IMG/VR virus record: IMGVR_UViG_3300024981_000245
DNA length: 64,000 bases
Strand: one strand, 5' to 3'
From: a virus
A program made the translations under genes and the position numbers. Shown piece after piece: positions 35,183 to 43,601 of this stretch (position 1 is its first letter; each line of letters begins with the position of its first letter). The notes below the pieces were generated by a model. The model did not search any database. It worked only from the letters and a program-made list of their open reading frames with translations, and had not been told where the DNA came from.

Positions 35183-35203
35183 TATAGTGAATTAGTCCAC
35201 TAA
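35183..35203 (+). promoter_or_regulatory. xis promoter: -10 TATAGT with exact operator at the start site
   Basis: Operator 35192-35203. Confidence 0.8.
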
Positions 35204-35219
35204 TCCAGGAGGAGGAACT

Positions 35220-35408
35220 GTGATCTTGAAGATGTCGGAGATGGAGAGAAGGTCCGGCCTTTCGCGGTACACGCTCATGCGTGCGCTGAAAGCTGGCAAG
35301 CTCCACGGCATGCACACCGGCGTCAACGGCACATGGCGTGTCCGTGAGGAGTGCTTCGAGAACTGGCTCGAGGGCGAGCGGTGCGCCCATCAGGCGGTGG
35401 CGGCATGA
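35220..35408 (+). CDS. xis: Excisionase (MerR-like HTH)
   Basis: 62 aa, divergent from int, GLSRYTL...GKLHG...WRV. Confidence 0.75.
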   Translation: MILKMSEMERRSGLSRYTLMRALKAGKLHGMHTGVNGTWRVREECFENWLEGERCAHQAVAA

Positions 35409-35644
35409 GCAAGACGACCGCTCAACTGACCGATCCATGTCCCCACTGCGGCGGAGACGCGTTCGAGCACTGCCTGGCGACCCCAAGTTGCACGGGACCC
35501 CAGCCGAGTGGACCGCCGCGCGGGTGGCATCCGTTCGGGACTCACGCAGGCGTTCCAGGGCTGATGGAGTTCTCCGAGGCGCTGGACGATGCCGGCATGC
35601 CGATGTGGGAACGATTGGCACTCCGAGCGGGGGCCTCGGAGTGA
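35405..35644 (+). CDS. Hypothetical protein with CxxC
   Basis: Coupled; CPHC. Confidence 0.55.
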   Translation: MSKTTAQLTDPCPHCGGDAFEHCLATPSCTGPQPSGPPRGWHPFGTHAGVPGLMEFSEALDDAGMPMWERLALRAGASE

Positions 35645-36039
35645 GCGCTCTGAGCCCGCGTCAGATGTTCCTGCTCGATGAGGCGTGCAAGCCGATCGCG
35701 GAAGCGTTCGAGCCGCCGTACCTCGTCGGAACAGCCGTCACCCGCCAGGAGTACCGCGATGTCGACGTGCGGCTAATCCTCGCCGACGAGCGCTACGGGC
35801 GTCTGCGCAAGGCGGTCGGCAAGCGTGGCCTCGCGCTCCTGGGGCTCGCGATCGGTGAGTACCTCGCGGCCCGGACCGGGCTGCCGATCGACTTCCAGAT
35901 CCAGCAGCAGACAGCCGCGAACCATCACCACCCGGGCGGTATGCGGAACCCGCTGGGTCTGCGTCACCTCGGCAACTACGGCGGCGATGCGCCACTTCTC
36001 AAGGTGACCAGTTCGGAAGGACGGGAGCAAGGTGCCTAG
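35641..36039 (+). CDS. Minimal nucleotidyltransferase (pol-beta superfamily)
   Basis: YLVGTA....YRDVDVRLIL, G[ST]-x-DxD motif, IDFQIQ. Confidence 0.7.
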   Translation: MSALSPRQMFLLDEACKPIAEAFEPPYLVGTAVTRQEYRDVDVRLILADERYGRLRKAVGKRGLALLGLAIGEYLAARTGLPIDFQIQQQTAANHHHPGGMRNPLGLRHLGNYGGDAPLLKVTSSEGREQGA

Positions 36040-36271
36040 GATCCGCACCACTCGCCAGGCGCGCGCGCTCCGCCCGATCGCTGCTGAGCGTGCGCGGCAG
36101 TCGCACTTCCACGCGGGAGATCGTGCCCTCCACCGCGGCATAACGTGGGGCGAGGTTGACATCCTTCTGATCGTGCCACGCAAGCCTTACAACAGTGCGA
36201 TCTTCCGCGGGCGCAGCGCAGCGTTCATCGGCAGCCTGGCTGACGTCCACCCCGTAGCCCCCATCGATTAG
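36032..36271 (+). CDS. Hypothetical protein
   Basis: Coupled ORF. Confidence 0.5.
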   Translation: MPRIRTTRQARALRPIAAERARQSHFHAGDRALHRGITWGEVDILLIVPRKPYNSAIFRGRSAAFIGSLADVHPVAPID

Positions 36272-36282
36272 CCCACTAAACT
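36268..36282 (+). promoter_or_regulatory. Operator TTAGCCCACTAA fused to -10 TAAACT; leaderless promoter
   Basis: 6 nt to ATG 36289. Confidence 0.82.
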
Positions 36283-36288
36283 GGCATC

Positions 36289-36729
36289 ATGCCCATGAAG
36301 CCTATCCAAAAGGACTGGGCGGCCTCGATCTTCCAGGTCGCCCAGGAGTTCATGGACGGCGAGCTGTGCGTCATCAAGCCGGGGACGCCCGGAACCTACG
36401 ACCCGGTGACAGATGAAGTCACGGGCGGAACGCCGGATCAGGTGATCATTGACTGGCGAGCCGCTCGCGCACAGCACATCCGCATGCCGCTCGAGACTAA
36501 CGACAGCAACGGCTGGACGGCGCGCCGGCGCTTCCGCTTCCAGATGGAGTTGCGCGAGAATGACCCCGCTATCACGCAGGGTCTCGTCGTGCGCTACCGC
36601 GGCGGCAAGGATCCCGCGCTTTCCGCGCTCAGCTATCAGGTCATCTCCGCCGTCAACTCCTCGCACGCCCCGCTTCGCACCATCGAGACGATGACCGAGC
36701 AGAAGCCCGTCACCGAGGATGCACCGTGA
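36289..36729 (+). CDS. Head closure / head-to-tail stopper
   Basis: PGTYDPVTDEV motif; position. Confidence 0.65.
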   Translation: MPMKPIQKDWAASIFQVAQEFMDGELCVIKPGTPGTYDPVTDEVTGGTPDQVIIDWRAARAQHIRMPLETNDSNGWTARRRFRFQMELRENDPAITQGLVVRYRGGKDPALSALSYQVISAVNSSHAPLRTIETMTEQKPVTEDAP

Positions 36730-37160
36730 TCGGTATCCAGTGGCAGGGCTTCGACATCAAGGATCTCGAGCACGAGATCCACGCCATCATCGACCAGATC
36801 GAAGTCGACGCACGCCAGGTTCTCGACGACATTGCGCGTGAAGTGGTCGACGAGATGTACTCGATCCTCATCGCCGCGCGCACGGCAACCGGTGACCTCC
36901 GCGAAGCCGCTGGTCAGGGTATCGCAGGCCGTGTCGACACCGGCTCTATGGCTCGGGACATCAAGGCCGCCTTGGAATCCGACATCGATGGCGCCGTGGT
37001 ACTCACCTGGGGCTGGGTGAATAACGTTGAACCGTATTATCTGGCGCAGGAGTACGGAACCACCAAGATCCGCGCGATGTCCGCTCTCCAGCAGTCCTAC
37101 GTCAAGGGGCGCGAGCGCCTCCGTGAGCGTCTGCAAGCGATGGGTCTGGAGGTTCACTGA
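36726..37160 (+). CDS. Neck / tail completion protein (HK97 gp10-like)
   Basis: RVDTGSM...YYLAQEYGT..IRAM. Confidence 0.7.
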   Translation: MIGIQWQGFDIKDLEHEIHAIIDQIEVDARQVLDDIAREVVDEMYSILIAARTATGDLREAAGQGIAGRVDTGSMARDIKAALESDIDGAVVLTWGWVNNVEPYYLAQEYGTTKIRAMSALQQSYVKGRERLRERLQAMGLEVH

Positions 37161-37609
37161 TGGCTGCGAACGGACTCGCAGAACGGCGCGCAACGCTGGC
37201 GCGCGTGAAGACGCTGGTCGGTGGTCGCGTGTGGGAGTCGGCTCTGCCCGATGACCAGACAGTCCCCATCGGCCCGGACGGCAAGGTCAAGCCGTACATC
37301 GTCCTCGACTTCGGCGCCCCGGTGCGCGTGATGAGCGATCGCATGCTTGCTAACCCCGAGAAGGGCCAGCCCCACACACTCCCCCTCAACGCCGCGTGTA
37401 TCGCGGGTGATGCCGACTCTGCTGCGGCTGTTGCGGCAGCCCTGTTCGACCTGCTCGTCGACTGGGCACCCAGCGCAACTGCCGACCCGTTCGAGGCCAA
37501 GGGGGGCTACGGAACGAATCGCCCCGCGACGGGCAAGACCCCATCGCAGTTCATCGCCGGGATTTTTCTTGAATCCACAGTTAACGTCGACTGGGTAGCA
37601 CCCGCTTAA
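37160..37609 (+). CDS. Tail terminator
   Basis: Position; KPYIVLDFG. Confidence 0.65.
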   Translation: MAANGLAERRATLARVKTLVGGRVWESALPDDQTVPIGPDGKVKPYIVLDFGAPVRVMSDRMLANPEKGQPHTLPLNAACIAGDADSAAAVAAALFDLLVDWAPSATADPFEAKGGYGTNRPATGKTPSQFIAGIFLESTVNVDWVAPA

Positions 37610-37620
37610 GCCTTCCCGCT

Positions 37621-37664
37621 TCGTTTTAGTGGACTAATTCGCCTCTACCATTGAAGGTATGACG
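37621..37664 (+). promoter_or_regulatory. Operator plus -10 TACCAT leaderless promoter (second copy)
   Basis: Exact operator 37626-37637; 7 nt to ATG. Confidence 0.88.
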
Positions 37665-37856
37665 GACCTGAAGAGCTATCGCCACAAGCGAACTGGCCTG
37701 CTTCAGCAGTTGAGCCCCCGCGTCGCCGACTTCGTTCCCGAACTCGAGGAAGTCGCGCCTGACGCGAAGCCCCTCGCCTACACGCCCATCCCCAAGGAGG
37801 CCGTCGCGCAGGTCGCCTCCCAGACCCGCAAGGCCGCGAAGGCTGAGGAGAAGTAG
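37659..37856 (+). CDS. Small structural-module protein
   Basis: Leaderless ORF before the tail-tube genes. Confidence 0.65.
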   Translation: MTDLKSYRHKRTGLLQQLSPRVADFVPELEEVAPDAKPLAYTPIPKEAVAQVASQTRKAAKAEEK

Positions 37857-37858
37857 AC

Positions 37859-38440
37859 ATGGTCGACAAAATCATCAACGAAACCGACACGGTGGTTTTG
37901 ATCGGCGCCTACGAGGTGCTCGGCTCTCCCAAGGCGGTTCTGCCCACGGGCCTCGTCGACTGGGATGCGCTGACCGCGGCGAACATCAACTACTACGCCG
38001 CCGTCACCACGCCCGCTCACGCCAACGCAGGCGCCGGCGGCAACGTGACGTGCGCGATCGCTGCGGACAGCTTTACGCTGAACATGACGGACTCTACCGA
38101 AGAGGAAGACAAGACTCTCTGCGACCCGGGTAACTCCGTCGATCTCGGCGAGCTGAACTTCGACGCTGAGATCTCTGGGTACCGCGACGCGAACCCCGCG
38201 GCCACCGACAGTGTCTTCAACCTCTGGAAGAACCTGACGTTCAAGGCGGATGTTCCCTACATCATCGTCCACCGCGTCGGCTATGACTCCTCGACTGCCT
38301 TCGCCGTGGGCCAGGAGATCTACACGTACTACGTGCACACCGATCACCCGCAGAACGTTCACGCGGACGGCAAGAAGCAGAAGATCATGCAGTCCTTCAT
38401 CAAGAAGGCCGCGCTCGGCCCCCGTAACCTGGCCGCGTAA
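37859..38440 (+). CDS. Major tail (tube) protein 1
   Basis: VTCAI...EDKTLCD...G..NFDAEI; biased codons. Confidence 0.75.
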   Translation: MVDKIINETDTVVLIGAYEVLGSPKAVLPTGLVDWDALTAANINYYAAVTTPAHANAGAGGNVTCAIAADSFTLNMTDSTEEEDKTLCDPGNSVDLGELNFDAEISGYRDANPAATDSVFNLWKNLTFKADVPYIIVHRVGYDSSTAFAVGQEIYTYYVHTDHPQNVHADGKKQKIMQSFIKKAALGPRNLAA

Positions 38441-38451
38441 GGAGCTAGACG

Positions 38452-39201
38452 ATGCCCGCTACGAAAATCTCGTCCAATAAGAACACTGGACTCTTCATCG
38501 GAGTGAAGTCCGCTGTCGCTGACGTCTACAAGCCCACGAAGGCCGAACTCGACACGCTGACCAATGCCTCCGACGACACCAAGTGGGACGGCTACGACTT
38601 CAAGATCGACTCGTCCGACACCGACGAGGACCGCGTTCTCACCGACTCGTCGACGACCTCGACGCGCGGCTACGAGAACTTCGGCGGTAGCATCTCGTTC
38701 TTCCCGCCATTGCCGACGGACCTCACGTCCAAGGCACGCGTCGTTCGCCAGCTCGTGAGCACACCGCACACTGAGCTGGTCCTCGCCCAGCGCGACGGCT
38801 ACCCCGCCTCTACTGCGTGGGCCGCCGGCCAGGTGTTCAACGACTACCACGTCATCACCGACGCCAACAACGAGCAGCGCGGCAACAAGAACCGCTACTA
38901 CTCGATCAACTTCCGCCAAAAGGGCGGCGTCGGCGTCAACCGCATCGTCCCTTCTGCCGTTGCGACGGCCGTGACGATCGCCGGCGGATCCACGGTCACC
39001 GTCGGCGCGTCGATTCAGCTCAAGGCTACCTACGAAGGCAACGACATCACCGTCGGCGCCAACTGGGTCTCGAGCGACGAGACTAAGGCTGTCGTAACGC
39101 CGCACGGCCGCGTGATCGGCATCGCGGCGGGACCGGTGAACATCAGCGCCACCTACCCCGGCTCCGCCGCGGGCACGCCCAAGTCCATCACTGTCAGCTA
39201 A
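38452..39201 (+). CDS. Major tail (tube) protein 2 with C-terminal Ig-like domain
   Basis: PT.AEL, DEDRVLTD...GYENFGGSI; WVSSDETKAVV Ig motif. Confidence 0.75.
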   Translation: MPATKISSNKNTGLFIGVKSAVADVYKPTKAELDTLTNASDDTKWDGYDFKIDSSDTDEDRVLTDSSTTSTRGYENFGGSISFFPPLPTDLTSKARVVRQLVSTPHTELVLAQRDGYPASTAWAAGQVFNDYHVITDANNEQRGNKNRYYSINFRQKGGVGVNRIVPSAVATAVTIAGGSTVTVGASIQLKATYEGNDITVGANWVSSDETKAVVTPHGRVIGIAAGPVNISATYPGSAAGTPKSITVS

Positions 39202-39212
39202 GGGGTTTCAGG

Positions 39213-39560
39213 ATGCCGACACTTAACCTGCCGGCTCGCGGCGAAATCCCCTGGGACGGCAAGATCAATGCCGCTCTTGAAACCCTGAGCGACGCCGTCG
39301 ACGCGGCTATCCCTTCCACGCAGAAGGGTGCTGCGTCCGGCGTTGCCCCGCTGGATTCAGACTCCAGGGTGCCGGATGCGAACCTGCCGACGCGACTGGG
39401 GGCTGCTGAACTATCCGCCGCCTTTGTGGCAGTGCGCACCTCGGATGGTCACACCCTCCCGCCGTCCACGATCGTCGTGATCACGCTCGATAGGACGCTC
39501 GCGCAGGTGACCGCCGTACCCGCCGCCGAAATCGCTGACATCACGTTCGAGGAGGTCTGA
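39213..39560 (+). CDS. Minor tail / fibre-like protein
   Basis: KGAASGVAPLDSDSRVPDANLP fibre motif. Confidence 0.5.
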   Translation: MPTLNLPARGEIPWDGKINAALETLSDAVDAAIPSTQKGAASGVAPLDSDSRVPDANLPTRLGAAELSAAFVAVRTSDGHTLPPSTIVVITLDRTLAQVTAVPAAEIADITFEEV

Positions 39561-39563
39561 GCA

Positions 39564-41054
39564 ATGGGCTACATGACTGACTACCGCGGGTCCGGCTATC
39601 GTCTCGACGAGTTCATCCCTGAGCGCGATATGGGTGGTGTGCTCGCGCACTTCGACCCCGACGATGTTCCCGGGTCGAACGGAGCGAGCATCTCAACATG
39701 GGCGGCTCGCTGGGGCGGAGTCACCTTCAATCTCACCCCGGCGGCAAAGCCTACGGTCCTCGCAGCCGCGATCACCGATGCTGAGGGTCGGCCTCACAAG
39801 ATGGTGCGCTGCGCGACGTCCTCCTACCTGCGCAACGTCACGTCGATCAACGACACGGCTCCGTCCGGCGGGCATCCTCAGCCGCTGAGTTTCGTCTTCG
39901 TCATCCGGATCACGGCGTCCGCGGCGACGGCTTCCAACCATCTGGTTTTCGGCGCGTCTGGAGCGAACCTCCAACTCGCGCAGCAGGGCCAGGCCCTCTA
40001 CGTCAACGCCGGAACGGCGGGGAACGTCCAGGGGCCGGAACTCACCGACGGAGCCGTGCACGTCGTGGTCGCGACGATGACGACTGCTGGATGGCGGATC
40101 TACGTCGACGGCTATCTCGTCGGATCGACGTCGGGAACTCAGCAACAGGGCAGCGGCGTGCTCGGAAACCTCTTCATCGGCTCGGGCCTCGGAGTTGCTC
40201 TGCCCGCCGGAGTCACATTCGACTACGGCGACCTCATCGTTTCGACCTCGCCCATCACGCCGGCTCGAGTCGCCGCCGTCACGGCAGCGCTCGCGAAGAA
40301 GTGGGGGATTGCAACCACTGGGGCGCAACGCAACGGCGTCGACTTCGTGGATACCGTTGACTCGGCGGGCCAGCCCGTCCGTTACTGGATGCCTCCCGGA
40401 ACCGGGGCTGCTCCACTCCTCATCTGGTCGCACCCGTACACGCAGACGGAGCAGATCGCACATGGCGTCAATGTCTACCCGTGGGTGCACGCGGCTGTGC
40501 AGGAGGGGTGGATGGTCGCGGCATCTCGCATGCACGACGCGAACTGGGGTAACGACCAGGCGCAGACAGATATCGCGAATCTGCACACGCTGATCAACGG
40601 GATCCGTCCTGTCTCCAAGACGCTGCTCGTCGGTGGCTCCATGGGTGGTCTGGCGTCGATGATCGCGGCAGCCCGTGGCACCGTCCCGAACATCGCGGGT
40701 GTCGCAGTGAGTGACGCGGTGCTGGACCTCGTCTGGGCTTACACCGGCAACTCCGGAGGCTATACGTCCGCGATCAACGCTGCGTACGGCATCTCTGCCG
40801 TCGGCGGCATTCCGGCGGCGAACGATCCGATGCAGATCTCGGCATCAGCATTCGGTGGTCGGCGCTACCGCTTCTACGCGTCGAGTTCTGACGCGAGTGT
40901 CGCGAAGTCGGCCAACGTCGATGCGTTCCGGACGAAGATCGGATCGGTTGCCGCCGAAGCGGGGCTGGTGACGCACAACACGAGCGGGCATCTGAATGCG
41001 GGAGCCTTCCCTCCCGCAGATCTTGTCGCGTTCGCGAAGCGGTGCGGACTCTAG
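39564..41054 (+). CDS. LamG/ConA-like lectin domain plus alpha/beta-hydrolase (esterase)
   Basis: HVVVATM...IYVDG; GGSMGG nucleophile elbow; C-terminal D and H. Confidence 0.7.
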   Translation: MGYMTDYRGSGYRLDEFIPERDMGGVLAHFDPDDVPGSNGASISTWAARWGGVTFNLTPAAKPTVLAAAITDAEGRPHKMVRCATSSYLRNVTSINDTAPSGGHPQPLSFVFVIRITASAATASNHLVFGASGANLQLAQQGQALYVNAGTAGNVQGPELTDGAVHVVVATMTTAGWRIYVDGYLVGSTSGTQQQGSGVLGNLFIGSGLGVALPAGVTFDYGDLIVSTSPITPARVAAVTAALAKKWGIATTGAQRNGVDFVDTVDSAGQPVRYWMPPGTGAAPLLIWSHPYTQTEQIAHGVNVYPWVHAAVQEGWMVAASRMHDANWGNDQAQTDIANLHTLINGIRPVSKTLLVGGSMGGLASMIAAARGTVPNIAGVAVSDAVLDLVWAYTGNSGGYTSAINAAYGISAVGGIPAANDPMQISASAFGGRRYRFYASSSDASVAKSANVDAFRTKIGSVAAEAGLVTHNTSGHLNAGAFPPADLVAFAKRCGL

Positions 41055-42334
41055 CTACCGGCCATCGTCGGCACCATCGTCGTTGATGCGGCGATGCTCG
41101 CGCTCTCCAGTTTCCGAAGGCTGGACAGGGAGAGCGCGAGCATCGGCCATGCCACCCAGGAGATGTAGGAGAACGAGTAGAAGTTGGTGGGAGACTCAAG
41201 CCAGCCGAGAACAACGAAAGTAACGGGCCAGGGCGTCAGCGCCCAATATCCAAGACGGCCCAGTCGCCAGGAGTGGCGGAGCATGACGAGCCACAGGACG
41301 ACGAGGGCAGCTAGCCCGACGCCTCCCGCCAGTAGCAAGGTGTTCACGGCCATATTGTGACCGTGGTAAGCGAGCGCGCCAAAGTTGGATTGGCTTTCGG
41401 ATATTCGGTAGTAGACGTCAACGCCGAAGCCGAGGATCGGACTTCCGTGCGCGAACTCAAGGGACCGCGACCAGATGTATCCGCGCCCGGAATAGGCAGC
41501 AGGATCGTTGTTGAGAAGCACGATGAGGAACGTGATTGGAACCACAGCAACGTAGATGCCAATCAGAAGGACTCTGGCGAGGAAGTCGGCGCGATGCGTC
41601 AACACGTACCAGATTCCGGCGACCAGGAGTCCGAGAATTCCAGCTGTGAGGCCGGTACGTGATCCGGTCCAGAGCAGTCCGAAGAGGACGATGACCACGC
41701 TGATTGCGCGTGACCTCGGCTTCTCCAGGAGAAGTACCGTGGGGAGTCCGAGAGCTAGTGTCTGTCCGAGATTGTTCGGGTGGTAGGTCGGCCCGACAAG
41801 GAGAGTGTCGCCGATAAACGCCTTGGCATCCGGTACGCCGGCTTGGCTCATCAAGGCGACTGACGGCAGAAGAATGCCCATGGCTATCGAGACGACAGCA
41901 ATGACGACGGTGAGGCGTCCGATAAGTCGGATGAGCCGAATCGGATCGTCGTAGCTTGCGATCAGGACGCCGATCAGTGCGTAGATGATCACCGCTACGC
42001 CGACGGTGTGGGACGCAATGTAGCTCGACACTGTAACGGCAGCGCAGGGAGCTAGATAGAGCCAGAGCCACCGGGGGAACCTCAACGTCCTTCGAAGCGC
42101 ATCATGAACAAACGCGGCCGCCGTGGTGACCACGACGAGTGCTTGCAGGATGGCTTGCGAGGTTGCGCTGAGAGAGGTCTGAGCGAAGGTCTCGCCGAGC
42201 TGCGCTACTGGCCTGCTACCGAGGGTGACCTGAAGCAAAGACGGGATGAACGCGTAGCCGAAGGCGAAGATGATCGCCGCTCCCGCGATACTGCGGTATG
42301 CCGCGCGGGGCTTAGACCTCGTCATCACGTGCAC
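41051..42334 (-). CDS. O-antigen ligase / Wzy-like polysaccharide polymerase
   Basis: About 10-12 TM helices; HPNNLG, TGSRTG, YSGR.YIW, PILGFG, HGHN. Confidence 0.85.
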   Translation of the reverse strand: MHVMTRSKPRAAYRSIAGAAIIFAFGYAFIPSLLQVTLGSRPVAQLGETFAQTSLSATSQAILQALVVVTTAAAFVHDALRRTLRFPRWLWLYLAPCAAVTVSSYIASHTVGVAVIIYALIGVLIASYDDPIRLIRLIGRLTVVIAVVSIAMGILLPSVALMSQAGVPDAKAFIGDTLLVGPTYHPNNLGQTLALGLPTVLLLEKPRSRAISVVIVLFGLLWTGSRTGLTAGILGLLVAGIWYVLTHRADFLARVLLIGIYVAVVPITFLIVLLNNDPAAYSGRGYIWSRSLEFAHGSPILGFGVDVYYRISESQSNFGALAYHGHNMAVNTLLLAGGVGLAALVVLWLVMLRHSWRLGRLGYWALTPWPVTFVVLGWLESPTNFYSFSYISWVAWPMLALSLSSLRKLESASIAASTTMVPTMAGS

Positions 42335-42518
42335 TCTTGTTCGTTCTGAACTGAGAGAGACGCTCTACCAACGCCGCTCCGATCGCAACCAGAACGAATA
42401 CGAGCATGGCGCACATCGCGACTGTCGTGATGACCGTTCCGGGGCCTGCAAGGAGCGTCACTAAGATCGCAGCAGCCACGACGACCAGCGAGGCTCGCAT
42501 CAGAGTGTCCGGCTGCAT
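42312..42518 (-). CDS. Small two-TM membrane protein
   Basis: Hydrophobic 68 aa. Confidence 0.5.
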   Translation of the reverse strand: MQPDTLMRASLVVVAAAILVTLLAGPGTVITTVAMCAMLVFVLVAIGAALVERLSQFRTNKSARDDEV

Positions 42519-42626
42519 AGACGAATCATGTCATGCGCACGTTGCGTGCGTGTGACGGGGCCCCTTGAGCGCTGGGCGATCGCGGTGACTTCCACGGGGT
42601 GCGCCAGCTAAACGCTGTAGTCGCGG

Positions 42627-43367
42627 TCAGATCCCGAGAGCCTGAATGGCGCTGACCAGGCGGGTTGCGAGGTAGTCGTAGCCCGCCTGGTTCGGGTGGT
42701 ACTTGTCGTCTTGGAGAAGGCCGTCTGCGGCCATCGTGCTCATCCACGACTCGCCAAGGGGGTCAATCGTCATCGCCCCAAGATCACGTGCGGATTCAAG
42801 GATGATGGTGTTCATCTCTTCGACGTCGCTGGTCACGTCCGGGTACGGCCAGTAGATCCCGACGACGACGACCTTGGCGTCCGGTGCCGCGGTCTTCGCA
42901 TTCCCGATCGTCTCTCGCACGGCTGCGCGGAATGCCCCGGGATTCTGCGGGTAGAGCTTCACGTCGTTGAGTCCGCCGGAGATCATCACCACGGAACTCT
43001 TCGCTGGCACACCGCTCGAGCGGCCCGGATATGGCGCCCTGGCGCCGCCTCCACCGTCAGCAAGGTAGCCGGTTCCCGATTGACCCATCGCGAACATCTG
43101 CCAGTTCATGGCCTTCGAGACCTGCGCCGGAATCGTGTTCGCGGTTGCGCCATAGCCTTCGATGTACGAGTCCCCAAGGAACGCAGCGCGAGGAAGCTGC
43201 GTTTGGGTCGGCATGGGTTTGGGCGTGAAATCAGCGACGTTGGGCGCGGCCGGGCCGGATCGAAGAGCGGCCACCGTCAACGCGATCGCGAGGATCGCGA
43301 GAACTGCGACACCAGCGATCGACCAAGGCAGCGCTGGACTGCGCTTCGAGCGACGTCGTTTCCCCAT
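42627..43367 (-). CDS. Membrane-anchored SGNH/GDSL hydrolase (leaderless)
   Basis: FLGDSY, GTGY, GGLND, DKYHPNQAGY; N-terminal TM; -10 TAACCT 6 nt before ATG. Confidence 0.88.
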   Translation of the reverse strand: MGKRRRSKRSPALPWSIAGVAVLAILAIALTVAALRSGPAAPNVADFTPKPMPTQTQLPRAAFLGDSYIEGYGATANTIPAQVSKAMNWQMFAMGQSGTGYLADGGGGARAPYPGRSSGVPAKSSVVMISGGLNDVKLYPQNPGAFRAAVRETIGNAKTAAPDAKVVVVGIYWPYPDVTSDVEEMNTIILESARDLGAMTIDPLGESWMSTMAADGLLQDDKYHPNQAGYDYLATRLVSAIQALGI

Positions 43368-43434
43368 GCCGCCAGGTTAGCGGGTCCATACTGTCGCTCG
43401 AACCTGACCACTGCTCCATCGATAGTTCAGCATC

Positions 43435-43485
43435 ACGACACAGCCCCCGGCTGGCCCTCACGGGCCGGTCGGGGGCTTTCGTCGT
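43435..43485. terminator. Long GC-rich hairpin
   Basis: AGCCCCC...GGCCC-TCAC-GGGCC...GGGGGCT-TTC. Confidence 0.6.
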
Positions 43486-43601
43486 GCGCGAACACCGGCC
43501 GCTGTGTCCGAGGGGCGTCGTAGGCTGGGAGGCTCCCAAAGACGGGAGCGGCCCGAACCGGTGTTGGAGCACCGGCCGGGCCTTGGCAACATCCAGGATG
43601 A

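Noticed and set aside
41040-43600. Invertible segment (shufflon) bounded by inverted repeats
   Set aside because: Only ~7-bp GGCCGGT-type matches were found by eye; not significant in GC-rich DNA
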